From Paragordius varius (lineage: Eukaryota > Animalia > Nematomorpha), in assembly GCA_964247055.1 (NCBI GenBank), contig OZ176055.1, positions 6,386,001 through 6,450,000 on the forward strand: a DNA stretch of 64,000 nt, read 5' to 3'. Shown here piece by piece: positions 52,201 to 64,000 of the stretch (positions are counted from its first letter, which is position 1; each line of letters opens with the position of its first letter). A program made the position numbers and the translations under genes. The notes beneath the pieces were generated by a model. It saw nothing but the letters and a program-made list of their open reading frames with translations, searched no databases and was not told the origin of the DNA.

Positions 52201-55200
52201 ATTTTGGAGCCATCTCTTATTGACATGAGTTCAAAGGCTTTGGATATTCTATCAAAGGATCCCAACGGTTACCTTCTTTTGATTGAAGGTTTTTTGTTTC
52301 AAATTATTTTTTACCGCTTTTAAATATTTTACCAATATTTATAAACAACATAATAAAACCTATTTTTGTATTAATTTTAGGTTTTCTATAATAAGTAAGC
52401 AAATTGTCAATAATTTGTGTTACCTTATAGAAGTGACTAAATATATTCGCTATAATCTATTACATTTTTATGGTTTAATTATTTATAGAAGGATTAGATT
52501 TAATATATTTTCAAACTTACAATATTTTGAAGTTCGTTTAGAGAGTTTTGAACAAAAGGGGATGCTTTAATGTTGCATGGGTACACAAGCACATTAAATT
52601 AAAAATACCTAAATCCTTAACAAATTTGAATTATGATCTAAAATAAAAACCCTTTGCATCTAATAAAAGAAAATTAAACGATAAAAATTAATAATTTATA
52701 TGTAATAGCGTCCGGATTAATCACATATATTAAAATATTTCTCAAAAAATTAAAAAATATTCAGTGTTATTTATTTGAAGAATATCTTATTTAATAGGAT
52801 GCAGATAAAATAATTAAAATATTTATATTCCGGGCCGCTTATCCCAATCTAAAACCTGAATTTTTAGAATGTAAGGAAAATTATGGGACTATTTTTCTAT
52901 CTAAGGGCGTGTCGAATACATTGGCTTCACAGGCCGCATTTTCGGATCAAAAAATCCGATAAGCCACATTCTTAAAAACAATTCATAGGCATTAACACAA
53001 ATATTTTTTTAGATTTTAAATATAAAGCTGTAAAAAAACAAATATTTATTTTAACTTTTTTGGCCAAAATTTGGAAAGATAAATTTATTAAGTTTGTTTA
53101 AAATCAATTTTACTTATATTTCGTAAAATTTTGTAATCGAAATTTGTCGAGGGTCGCAGTTTTTTGGAGGGCCACGTGTAAAAAAACCATGGATCTAACC
53201 AACTTCAATGCCTTTATTTCGTCTATTTTAAATGGATCCATTAAATACAATTGAAATGACTTTTTATTTATAAAATGCGTAGAAGGCATATTTTGCAATA
53301 AATACAATATTTATTTCAGGTGGCCGAATAGACCATGGCCACCATGAAGGTAAAGCAAGGTTGGCTTTGGAAGAAACAATTATGTTTGAAAAAACAATCT
53401 CACATATATATCGAAAGCTAAAGCTCTTAAAATCTCTAAAGAACACGCTAATAGTTGTTACAGCTGACCATTCCCACGTTTTAAATATGGGCGGTTATCC
53501 CGTGCGTGGAAATCCAATACTAGGTAAATTATTTTTTTTCAATATTTTCAAAAAAATTTACTTTTAAATGTGTTGTTCCTTATTTTTATAGGCTTAGTAC
53601 AAGAATCAAAAACTAAACCATATGATCTATCATTTGACGGTTTACCATACACGGTATTAACGTATGGGAACGGGCCTGGAGCTATTTTTTCAAATGGTAG
53701 TACATTGCGTCCAAATTTAACCAATAGTGAAACAGGTATATTATGTGTGATAGGGCATTTTTAATTGTTATAAAATTTATAACGGGCTTATTACAGTAAA
53801 ATTTCAAACTATAGAGACTGAACGTAAAAAGTAAACAAAAATTTCCTCTAAGGCAACCAATATAACCATAATATAATTTATCGTTTTTGTTTGCAAAATA
53901 AGCGATAGAAATGTGTGGTACCCTATTATAATAATAATTGAGTTTGTAGAGATTGTGTGGAAAAAAATGAGGTTCAAAAGTATGGCTGTCTTTATAAAAA
54001 AATATTTCTCTTTACATTTTGTGGTATATCTACAATGCAACCAACACTTTACTTATTAAAAGTCATTATTATTTTAAATATATAATAAAATCAATGGATT
54101 TTGTTTTTTTGGCGCAAATTAAAAATTAATGCATAAATAGGGATTTTCTCAGCTGTTTTAAGATTATTAAAATATTTGTATCTTCAACCATAAGTCAATA
54201 ATATATGGATTTTAGGATTTTACACTATGTATATATAAGATAATCTATATATTTATAAAAATGGAAAATGCTGGCTTTGTGATCTGGTACAGGAAAACCG
54301 GTAGACCCAATCAAATCCAAATATCGAAAAAATATAATCATTAATAAATGTCCCGACAATAGCTTCGCCCTTTTTTTGAAATAGGCTCCCAGTTCGGGCC
54401 CACCCCGTATGAAAAACGGGTTTTTTTTGAAAACACAAGTCCACAAAATCGTGTTTTTGAGACAATTTTCCAGAGAACGTGTTGGACCATTCAATTTTAA
54501 ATATAATTTTTGTTTACTTATTTTCGATTGCGCCGAACATAGTCGAGCCACATTTTTGATTTAGGCCGTCTTTTTACCCGCTCCCCCCGTAAAATGCCAT
54601 TTTTCTCAAAAAACAAAGTCCACAAAAATAATTTTTTAAATCGATTTTTCCTCCTAGGTATGAGACCTTAAAAATTCAATAAAGATTCCACGTATTCCCT
54701 GTTAAAAGGCAAAAATTTTAGTCCACCGTTTATTTGATGATAGCTGCTGGGTAAGGAGCTACCCGCTAAAAACTGATTTTTTATATAACTTTGTGATCTG
54801 TTTCCGGAAAACCGATGAACCCATTCAAATCCAAACATCGAAAAAATATAATCATTAATGAATGCCCCGATAATAGCTTCGCCCTTTTTTGGAATTAGGT
54901 CCCCAGTTTGGGCCCACCCCGTGTGAAAAATGGGTTAAGTCAATTTTTTGGAGAACGTTTTAGACCATTCAATTTCAAATATGATTTTTGTTTACTTATT
55001 TTCGATTGCGCCGAACATAGTCGAGTCACTTTTTTGATTTAGGCCCTCTTTTTACCCGCTCCCCCCGTAAAATGCCATTTTTTTCAAAAAAAAACAAAGT
55101 CCACAAAAATATTTTTTTGATTGTATTTTTTTTGCCCACGGTATGAGACTGTAAAAATTCGAGAAAGATTTTTCGTATTGCCTGTTAAAAGGCAAAAATT

Positions 55201-58200
55201 TTAGTCAAGCTTTCTTTGATGATAGATGCTGAGTAAGGAGTATCTATCATATGTATAGCATGTTAAAAGATATATGGATATTAATACATTATTTATCCTC
55301 ATCTATATATTTATAAAAATGGAAAATGCTGGCTTTGTGATCTGGTACAGGAAAACCGGTAGACCCAATCAAATCCAAATATCGAAAAAATATAATCATT
55401 AATAAATGTCCCGACAATAGCTTCGCCCTTTTTTTGAAATAGGCTCCCAGTTCGGGCCCACCCCGTATGAAAAACGGGTTTTTTTTGAAAACACAAGTCC
55501 ACAAAATCGTGTTTTTGAGACAATTTTCCAGAGAACGTGTTGGACCATTCAATTTTAAATATAATTTTTGTTTACTTATTTTCGATTGCGCCGAACATAG
55601 TCGAGCCACATTTTTGATTTAGGCCGTCTTTTTACCCGCTCCCCCCGTAAAATGCCATTTTTCTCAAAAAACAAAGTCCACAAAAATAATTTTTTAAATC
55701 GATTTTTCCTCCTAGGTATGAGACCTTAAAAATTCAATAAAGATTCCACGTATTCCCTGTTAAAAGGCAAAAATTTTAGTCCACCGTTTATTTGATGATA
55801 GCTGCTGGGTAAGGAGCTACCCGCTAAAAACTGATTTTTTATATAACTTTGTGATCTGTTTCCGGAAAACCGATGAACCCATTCAAATCCAAACATCGAA
55901 AAAATATAATCATTAATGAATGCCCCGATAATAGCTTCGCCCTTTTTTGGAATTAGGTCCCCAGTTTGGGCCCACCCCGTGTGAAAAATGGGTTAAGTCA
56001 ATTTTTTGGAGAACGTTTTAGACCATTCAATTTCAAATATGATTTTTGTTTACTTATTTTCGATTGCGCCGAACATAGTCGAGTCACTTTTTTGATTTAG
56101 GCCCTCTTTTTACCCGCTCCCCCCGTAAAATGCCATTTTTTTCAAAAAAAAACAAAGTCCACAAAAATATTTTTTTGATTGTATTTTTTTTGCCCACGGT
56201 ATGAGACTGTAAAAATTCGAGAAAGATTTTTCGTATTGCCTGTTAAAAGGCAAAAATTTTAGTCAAGCTTTCTTTGATGATAGATGCTGAGTAAGGAGTA
56301 TCTATCATATGTATAGCATGTTAAAAGATATATGGATATTAATACATTATTTATCCTCATCTATATATTTATAAAAATGGAAAATGCTGGCTTTGTGATC
56401 TGGTACAGGAAAACCGGTAGACCCAATCAAATCCAAATATCGAAAAAATATAATCATTAATAAATGTCCCGACAATAGCTTCGCCCTTTTTTTGAAATAG
56501 GCTCCCAGTTCGGGCCCACCCCGTATGAAAAACGGGTTTTTTTTGAAAACACAAGTCCACAAAATCGTGTTTTTGAGACAATTTTCCAGAGAACGTGTTG
56601 GACCATTCAATTTTAAATATAATTTTTGTTTACTTATTTTCGATTGCGCCGAACATAGTCGAGCCACATTTTTGATTTAGGCCGTCTTTTTACCCGCTCC
56701 CCCCGTAAAATGCCATTTTTCTCAAAAAACAAAGTCCACAAAAATAATTTTTTAAATCGATTTTTCCTCCTAGGTATGAGACCTTAAAAATTCAATAAAG
56801 ATTCCACGTATTCCCTGTTAAAAGGCAAAAATTTTAGTCCACCGTTTATTTGATGATAGCTGCTGGGTAAGGAGCTACCCGCTAAAAACTGATTTTTCAT
56901 ATAACTTTGTGATCTGTTTCCGGAAAACCGATGAACCCATTCAAATCCAAACATCGAAAAAATATAATCATTAATGAATGCCCCGATAATAGCTTCGCCC
57001 TTTTTTGGAATTAGGTCCCCAGTTTGGGCCCACCCCGTGTGAAAAATGGGTTAAGTCAATTTTTTGGAGAACGTTTTAGACCATTCAATTTCAAATATGA
57101 TTTTTGTTTACTTATTTTCGATTGCGCCGAACATAGTCGAGTCACTTTTTTGATTTAGGCCCTCTTTTTACCCGCTCCCCCCGTAAAATGCCATTTTTTT
57201 CAAAAAAAAACAAAGTCCACAAAAATATTTTTTTGATTGTATTTTTTTTGCCCACGGTATGAGACTGTAAAAATTCGAGAAAGATTTTTCGTATTGCCTG
57301 TTAAAAGGCAAAAATTTTAGTCAAGCTTTCTTTGATGATAGATGCTGAGTAAGGAGTATCTATCATATGTATAGGATGTTAAAAGATATATGGATATTAA
57401 TACATTATTTATCCTCATCTATATATTTATAAAAATGGAAAATGCTGGCTTTGTGATCTGGTACAGGAAAACCGGTAGACCCAATCAAATCCAAATATCG
57501 AAAAAATATAATCATTAATAAATGTCCCGACAATAGCTTCGCCCTTTTTTTGAAATAGGCTCCCAGTTCGGGCCCACCCCGTATGAAAAACGGGTTTTTT
57601 TTGAAAACACAAGTCCACAAAATCGTGTTTTTGAGACAATTTTCCAGAGAACGTGTTGGACCATTCAATTTTAAATATAATTTTTGTTTACTTATTTTCG
57701 ATTGCGCCGAACATAGTCGAGCCACATTTTTGATTTAGGCCGTCTTTTTACCCGCTCCCCCCGTAAAATGCCTTTTTTATTAAAAAACAAAGTCCACAAA
57801 AATAATTTTTTAAATCTATTTCTCCCCCAAGTAAACAATAAATTAGTATGAATGCACCGTTTTAAGATTCCTATGAATTCATAGCTATTAAATAATTTTT
57901 CGAAATAATCCACATATGTAGATCATTTTATTGTCCCTTTTTTCAAATAACCCCCTCCCCCCAGAAGTCCGAAGGACTTCCTCGGGCTGCGTAGCAGCAC
58001 GAGATTTACGCTAGTTATGTATATAAAGTGAATATTTTCAATAATTTTTTTATATAATAGCCCAAATTGCTGGGCCATGCCTAACATGTTCCCGTGTATA
58101 TATGTTATGTTTTAAGACAGAATTGAGGATTTTGAATTTAAAAAATGTGGAATGTTAATTACGCGAAAATTTCTAATAAGGAATTAGATAATATAGTTAT

Positions 58201-58578
58201 TATTGTTGCCTAGAGAACCATAAATATTTAAAAAAGTATATAGTATATTACAAATATCGGCGTTTAAAACTGGGAACCGTTAACCTTTTCTAAAAAAAGT
58301 AACGCTTAGTTTATCGTTATTCATATTTCAAAAATTTATATATATCTAACCCAGGAATTTGTCAAATTTAATCTTTAGACGATCCTAATTTCCAATTTCC
58401 CGCAGCCATTCCAATGAGAGAGGAAACCCATGGGGGAGAAGACGTACCTATTTATGCTATAGGACCAGGGAGTCATTTGTTTTTTGGAGTTCAAGAACAA
58501 TCTTATATTGCCCATTCTCTAGCCTACGCAACTTGTGTCGGTCCATATACGCATGTCTGCGAAAGGGGATGTTTTTGA
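49290..58578 (+). CDS. Alkaline phosphatase (5' signal-peptide exon not located)
   Basis: Exons 49290-49573, 49829-50009, 50706-50926, 51265-51586, 52136-52288, 53320-53523, 53592-53735, 58379-58578, all phase-compatible. Catalytic and metal motifs intact: NIILFIGDGMG, VPDSASTATA, TRITHATPA, DRNYE, LIEGGRIDHGHH, VTADHSH, ETHGGEDV. Confidence 0.95.
50165..50537. mobile_element. Foldback-like element: long inverted arms built from a 21-bp tandem repeat
   Basis: Left arm TAATATACCATTTACAGTTC plus about 5 x AATTCACCCTTGAACAATTCA; right arm is the reverse complement with about 4 units; AT-rich centre. Lies in alkaline phosphatase intron 50010-50705. Confidence 0.85.
50951..51211. mobile_element. 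TA-flanked MITE, best-preserved copy (261 bp)
   Basis: TA-CAGTAAAAATTGAATTTATA..AGACAAAACGTA ... TACGTTTTGTCTCTATAATTTCAGTTTTTACTG-TA; imperfect TIR of about 40 bp with TA duplication, consistent with a Tc1/mariner-type partner. Confidence 0.85.
54244..58014 (+). mobile_element. Non-autonomous Helitron containing a 3.4 x 1058-bp tandem array, in the last alkaline phosphatase intron
   Basis: 5' A|TCTATATAT at 54243/54244. 3' hairpins GAAGTCC-GAA-GGACTTC (57964-57980) and GCTGC-GTA-GCAGC (57986-57998), then CTAG|T at 58011-58015. Inserted between A and T with no TSD. Units start at 54244, 55302, 56360 and 57418. Confidence 0.82.
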
Positions 58579-61500
58579 TGCATAGATTTGGCCTATTTTC
58601 TTAAAAAATCTGTAGATATGCATTTGGCAACTATGTTTAATATTAAAATATCAAATGTGCGTTTTAATAAAAAATTATTTGGTTAATTATATATTATAGT
58701 CACATCGTCGCTAATCTAGTTCTTTTTATCTAATTGCCTAAACACGTCTTAATTGCGACATTTGTAAATTTCCTCATCAGAGCAGATTACAATGTCCACA
58801 AAATCCTAAAAAAATTATATCTTATAAAAAATGTATCAATAGAGTCTTTTGGTTTTGTTTACGAGTAATAAAAGAAAGTCATAACCACTACTCTAATCAG
58901 ATGAACAATTTGCGACATTTTGTTAAATGAACCTTTTTAGTGAAGGCTAAGCTTTATTTCAAATATATGATTGAAATATATGATAAACTATATTTAAAGA
59001 GATGAACAATATATTTATAAAACATTAGTTTTAGATGTGAGCTCAGAAAATCCCAAAAATTTGCCCCCACTAAAATAAACGAGTTTTCTGAAAACAAACG
59101 CAAAAAAGGCTAGATTTTTCCATAAATTTTTTAAATAAATGCTAGATTATGGCATCAAAATAATTTTGAAAAATGCAACTTTAAAAATTCAATATTATTT
59201 TATACTCAAATTTTTATCGCAAAATATATCCATAATGCGTTTAGAAATGTCAAAAAATAAAGATTTTCGATGTCAAATCTAAAAATTATTATTATTTAAT
59301 TTAGCGTGCTTTATAATTATAGTTTTAAGTGGCTTTTAATACCCTAAATTATTTATTAAATTTTTGGAATATTCGGCGGTTTATTTGCAAATATTCAAAC
59401 AACTATAAAATTTCATGGGTATTATAGCCGTGAAACAAGAATACTATTTTTTGGAAAATTATTGGTGGGTATCACTGGTTTATGATATATTGTATTAAAA
59501 CATTGCGCTTAACACATTATGTTTGATAAGATTTTTTTGGTAGAAGCGAGATGCTTTAAACCAAATATCATTAAAATATAATACTATAAACAATATATAT
59601 ATAGAATTTCAATTTTTTGATGTAGGCGCCAAAAGTCGCATATTTTTTCGCCCTTTAAAATGGCAAAAATGCCGATATTTTGCGAATTTTTTTGATTTAG
59701 ATCATGGCATCAAAAAATGTTTATAAAAAAATGCATACTTATTTCCAAAATAAATTTATAGCGAATTTTTTTAAATCATGCTTCATACCATTTTGAGGGT
59801 TGAAGGAAACAGTATATAATGTTTTGAGGCACACTTTTCTTGATAATTGGATGAAACTGAAAATTTTATAAATTCAGAATTTATAATAAAAATATTCGTT
59901 TGTGGCCAAATTTATGTTAAATAAAATTTTTTTCCACAAAATTCACCCGAAAAGCGTTAAACATTTAAATAAAAATTCTGAGGGTATATAAATGTTCGGC
60001 ATCAAGTAATTAAGTAAAAAAAGTGTTTGCATAATATAAAATGTTTTTATCCCATTTTAACTATCAGAGTGTCCACAAAAAATAACCGGATGCGAAAATG
60101 TGTCGGGATTATCATGGCGGTTTTGGTCCTGAGTGATATAAGAAAGTAATTTATATTTTTGTGTGTGTTTCATATCAAATAGCATTTACCCATAGTTTTT
60201 AAATAAATTTTTTGGTTAAAGCCAAAGGCTTCATTCCAAAAAACTACTCCTAAATAAATCATAAAATACTTATAAAAGGAAAACAATATTTTAAAAATAA
60301 AGTACGCTCCAACAAAATTTTACCAAAGAAAATTTTTTGCAAAAAGTATGTATTTTAAAAAAATTTTTAGAATAGCGAAAAGTTTTAGATTTTAATGTTA
60401 CATTTAAAAATTAAATATTTTTAACCTTTTACTTAATGTAGATAATTTTTGATATGTTTTAATGATATTTTTTGGAATGAATTTAGCTTTCGCCAAAAAA
60501 ATTTATTTGAAAAAATAAGCGCAAATTTGCCATTTTCTGTATGGAGAAGTTACCACAAAAGAGTAATTAAAATTCTTAACACTTCATTACCTTTTCACTT
60601 TTAGGACCTAGTTTACCCTTTAAAAATGTTTTACATCCCAGAACAAACTACAGTTTTAAAAGTAATTTTAGTTAATATGTAATTTTCAAACATCATTCTC
60701 ATTGATAAAAAAACCCTTATATTTTAACGATTTTGTGGTTTCTAGAGTCTAAAATTGGGACAGCTTCAAAACACTATTGCTGATATAAAAACGAAATACA
60801 TAAGGTTGCGGGTAAAATATAGTCTAAAAAAGTCAAGTTAATTATTTGTATTTTCTAGCTATTATATAATGATATTGTTGTAAAAGCCATTTAAAAAAAT
60901 TTACTGAAAATGGGGTAAAATAATGAGGAATTTTTTATTTTACATTTTTTGAATATAATTTTTTTTGTGTAATAGGCCTAAAAGGATAAGCATATTTAGA
61001 TTTGGCTTTATACCTAAAACACATTTTAAGATATTTAAATTTCTGATAACTCTGGGATATATAACTGCGTCAAAAATGAATGAAATGTAAAATCATTCGT
61101 AAAATCAAATCAAAAGACATAATAATCTGATACTTTTCCTGTCATAATTAATTTTAATCATCTCCGAAATCGGACGCGGCTTTAGCAAACAGTTTGTATG
61201 GTGGTTCCTAACTCATTAGCTTTCGTTTTATAAATTAACCATCCGAGTTCTCTTCCACTCTGCTGGATAAATAACTATAACGCACTTCAGAATATGTTGA
61301 TAAATTATTTTAGACTGACTGATTGATAAGCGATTATCTTGGCTAATATAATGCTTTCTAAAATGCCTGGAATAAATAAAAACCTAGCTAATTTGTAGAG
61401 AAAATTTAAATTATCTAAATTTTATTTTCTGCATAAGTTAATATATTTATGTTTAATTATTATATCATATTCTTATAATAACAAATTTACTTAAAATAAA

Positions 61501-61586
61501 TCAAATGTAAAATGATAGCAAAATAAATAATTTATTTACATTTGCATTAACATACATATTACCATGTGAAACATGCTAGCGATCTA

Positions 61587-62189
61587 ATGAATTCTGATTA
61601 TGTCGAAAAACTTAATTATGTGATGTATAATTTGATTGGGGAAGGTAGATATAAACCAAAAGATTATAAACAAAATCAAATAATAATGCCAATTACACTC
61701 ATTAATTTTTTGAGACCCAAAAGTCCCGAGGAACTTAAAATTGAACAAATAATGAGTAGTTGCCCTACTAAAGCATGTTTAAGTTTTGTAATGGGGGGAC
61801 TAATAGGTGGTGTATTTGGATTATTCACATCCGCAGTTGATCCAAATATGAATCCTAATTATTACAATCAAACCGGATTAGCTGTTACCACTAAAGAAGT
61901 TTTGAAAGACATGTACACTCGAAGCAAATCCTATGCAAAAAACTTTGCTATTCTGGGTGCAATGTTTTCAATTACTGAATGCTCAATCGAATCTTACAGG
62001 TTTGCTCATACGTTTTTTATTAAATTTAATAATATATAAAATAGGGGAAAAACTGATTGGAAAAATGCTACATACTCGGGTTTCATTACTGGAGGAATAT
62101 TAGGAATGAGAGCTGGATACAAAGCAGCAGCGTTGGGTGCTTTCGGATTTGGAGCATTTTCAACCCTTATCGAATATTTCATGCGATAA
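61587..62189 (+). CDS. TIM22: Mitochondrial inner-membrane translocase subunit Tim22
   Basis: Exons 61587-61999 and 62045-62189 (45-nt intron). [57 protein letters not shown] and [18 protein letters not shown] align closely with human TIMM22. Start assumed at the first in-frame ATG. Confidence 0.95.
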
Positions 62190-62527
62190 TTAAGTTTGAT
62201 AGTCAAGTTTGGACCGTATTGCCATGCTACAGATTTTGGAGCAATACCGATATATAACACATTTTTAATACAAATAGCCAAATCAAACTATTATTATTGT
62301 AAAAATTTGTTAAAGTGCCAAAAATGTGATAATCTTTTAATCAAATATATCTTTTGGCAATAAATACATTAATATTGTTAATTTATGGTAACCAGTCCAT
62401 ATGTATCCATCTTACATTTAAAAAAAATTATTGAAACGTTTTTCCCAATTAAATTCTTACTCATGGTACTCTGTCTGTTGGTTCACCAATTGTGCGAAGG
62501 GGTTTACCCCGTGTTGTTGTCATTGTC

Positions 62528-62975
62528 ATGTAGATAAACTTAATTACACGATGTAGATTTGATTGGAGGATGTTGATAAATATAAACCAAAAGTTATACA
62601 TTTACACTCATTAAGTTTTTAAGACCCAAAAATCTCGTGGAACCCTAAAATTAAACAAATAATAACTAGTTGCCCTACTGAAGCATGTTTAAGTTTCGTA
62701 ATGGCGGACTAAAAGATGGTGTGTTTGGATTATTCACATCCGCAGTTGATCCAAATATGAAAACCCTAATTACCACAATCAAACTGGATTAGATGTTACC
62801 ACTTAAGAAGCTTTAAAAGACACGTACACACGAAGCAAATCTTATGCAAAAATTGTCATTTGGGGGCAATGTTTTCCATTTAATGCTCAAAGAGTCATAG
62901 ATTTTGCTTATACATTTTTATTAAATTTAATAAAATAGGGGGAAAACTGATTGGAAAATGCTACATACTCGGGTT
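62528..62975 (+). pseudogene. Unprocessed, decayed tandem duplicate of Tim22
   Basis: Colinear with about 61600-62082, including the intron. Internal deletions, frameshifts, an in-frame TAA (ACT AAA GAA changed to ACT TAA GAA), loss of the GT donor and truncation after CATACTCGGGTT. Confidence 0.9.
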
Positions 62976-63494
62976 CTATTAACCGGAAACCTTCCAAATC
63001 AAATATATATCAAGGAATTAAGTTAAATATAACAGTGACAACAACACTGGGTGCACTCTTTCGGATTGGTTAACCTATTGTGAAAGTCCGTGTACTGTAT
63101 AAGTATTGGAAAAAACCTCTTAAAAGCATTTTCTATTATTATTTAAGATCATATCTTTAGTATACAAATATATCTTATATGTTAATGGTATAATTTTATA
63201 AAATTTTAAGTGCGCTTTGATGTAAGTATATTTTTATTAATTTGATTTTTTGTTTGTGTAAGGAATCCAATAGCTTGAATGTTTTTTGTAGAGTATGTTT
63301 TTCTACGCAGATTTATCCATTAATTGTATGGTTGGAAATCTCTAGAAATGGATTTGAATGCTTTTATGATTTTGGAAAGCCAGTATGTTCTTTTAGGTTA
63401 ATATATTATATCTTAGTACTTTTGTTATTTATCTTTGGGAAATTTTCGATCGATCATTTCACTGTGAAAGTTGTTGGGATGGCGTTCAATGTGT

Positions 63495-64000
63495 CTTAAT
63501 AACTCAATCCGTCTTTTATGATGACAAGATTGGTAAAATTTTAGCTAATTTTTAAGATTTGTTTGGATATTTTTCTTCTACTGTAGGACATCTTTACAAC
63601 ATTTACAAGTCGTCTCGGATTTCGTATCAATCTAGAAAAATCAAAAACTATCTTACTGTATCAAATAAATGAAAACAAATACTTGTACCATATCACGGAC
63701 TAAACACTTTAGAAAACTTTATTAAAAATAAAAAGATTTGGGCGTCGAAGGGAATTTTTCAATTACAACCTAACTGCAGCTCTTCAACGCCCTTGTCTTT
63801 TTATCCATTATTTATTACTTAGTAATCTGGGATGACATTAAATATATTGTCAACTCATTTCAAGTTCTTGGTCAAACTGCCTTGAAGAGTAAGCTGAAGA
63901 AAAGAAAGGAAATATTCAATAACAATAATATATATAAATTAACTAAAATTCCACCAATTTTGTCGCATATTTATAAAGACGGATTGAATTATTAGGTAAA
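63495..64000. repeat. Degenerate inverted repeat pair, probably a decayed mobile element running off the window
   Basis: 63940-64000 (CTAAAATT..ACCAAT..TAAAGACGGATTGA.TTATTA) matches the reverse complement of about 63495-63550. No intact ORF. Confidence 0.45.

Noticed and set aside
54225-57913. Repeated 106-108 aa and 70 aa minus-strand ORFs, and the related ORFs at 46610 and 48118
   Set aside because: By-products of the tandem repeat: overlapping frames, no domain, and frames not conserved in the diverged copies.
61130-61400. Possible small minus-strand gene divergent from Tim22 with 20-23-nt introns
   Set aside because: Every tested splice combination hit a stop and no homology was recognised; GT-AG pairs arise easily in AT-rich DNA.
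2859-61568. TTG/GTG-initiated ORFs in the track (for example 2859, 4984, 21016, 49283, 51271, 61566)
   Set aside because: These starts are exon-internal or intronic codons of spliced eukaryotic genes, not real initiation sites.
63242-63499. 85-aa hydrophobic ORF
   Set aside because: TTG start, no motif, and it borders a degenerate inverted-repeat region.
1-64000. tRNA, rRNA or prokaryotic operon/defence systems; assignment to a named species
   Set aside because: No tRNA or rRNA signatures were seen and all genes are spliced animal genes. Tiny introns recall dicyemids, but the low gene density and many long introns do not fit clearly, so no taxon is claimed.

Overview
AT-rich eukaryotic (animal) genomic DNA with spliced genes, not a prokaryotic window; the ORF track mostly catches single exons, antisense shadows and repeat ORFs. 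Hand-assembled gene models, left to right: a compact BRCA1 (+, 11 exons, about 980 aa), a ZP-domain single-pass membrane protein missed by the ORF track (+), strawberry notch (-), a Bcl-2 family gene head-to-head with it (+), an alkaline phosphatase (+, first exon not found), Tim22 (+) and a decayed tandem Tim22 copy. Mobile DNA is dense: two hAT elements with 8-bp target-site duplications, a 5'-truncated Penelope-like element with an inverted tail, an IS630/Tc1 remnant, a TA-flanked MITE family, a foldback element, and a Helitron carrying a 3.4 x 1058-bp tandem array. The most striking signal is a class of ultra-short GT-AG introns (21, 21, 23, 23 and 28 nt). Four of them are required to restore conserved protein sequence, three sit at the same position and phase as human BRCA1/BCL2 introns, and they coexist with introns of hundreds to thousands of nt. 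All models are by eye, with no database search or RNA evidence; the organism is not identified.
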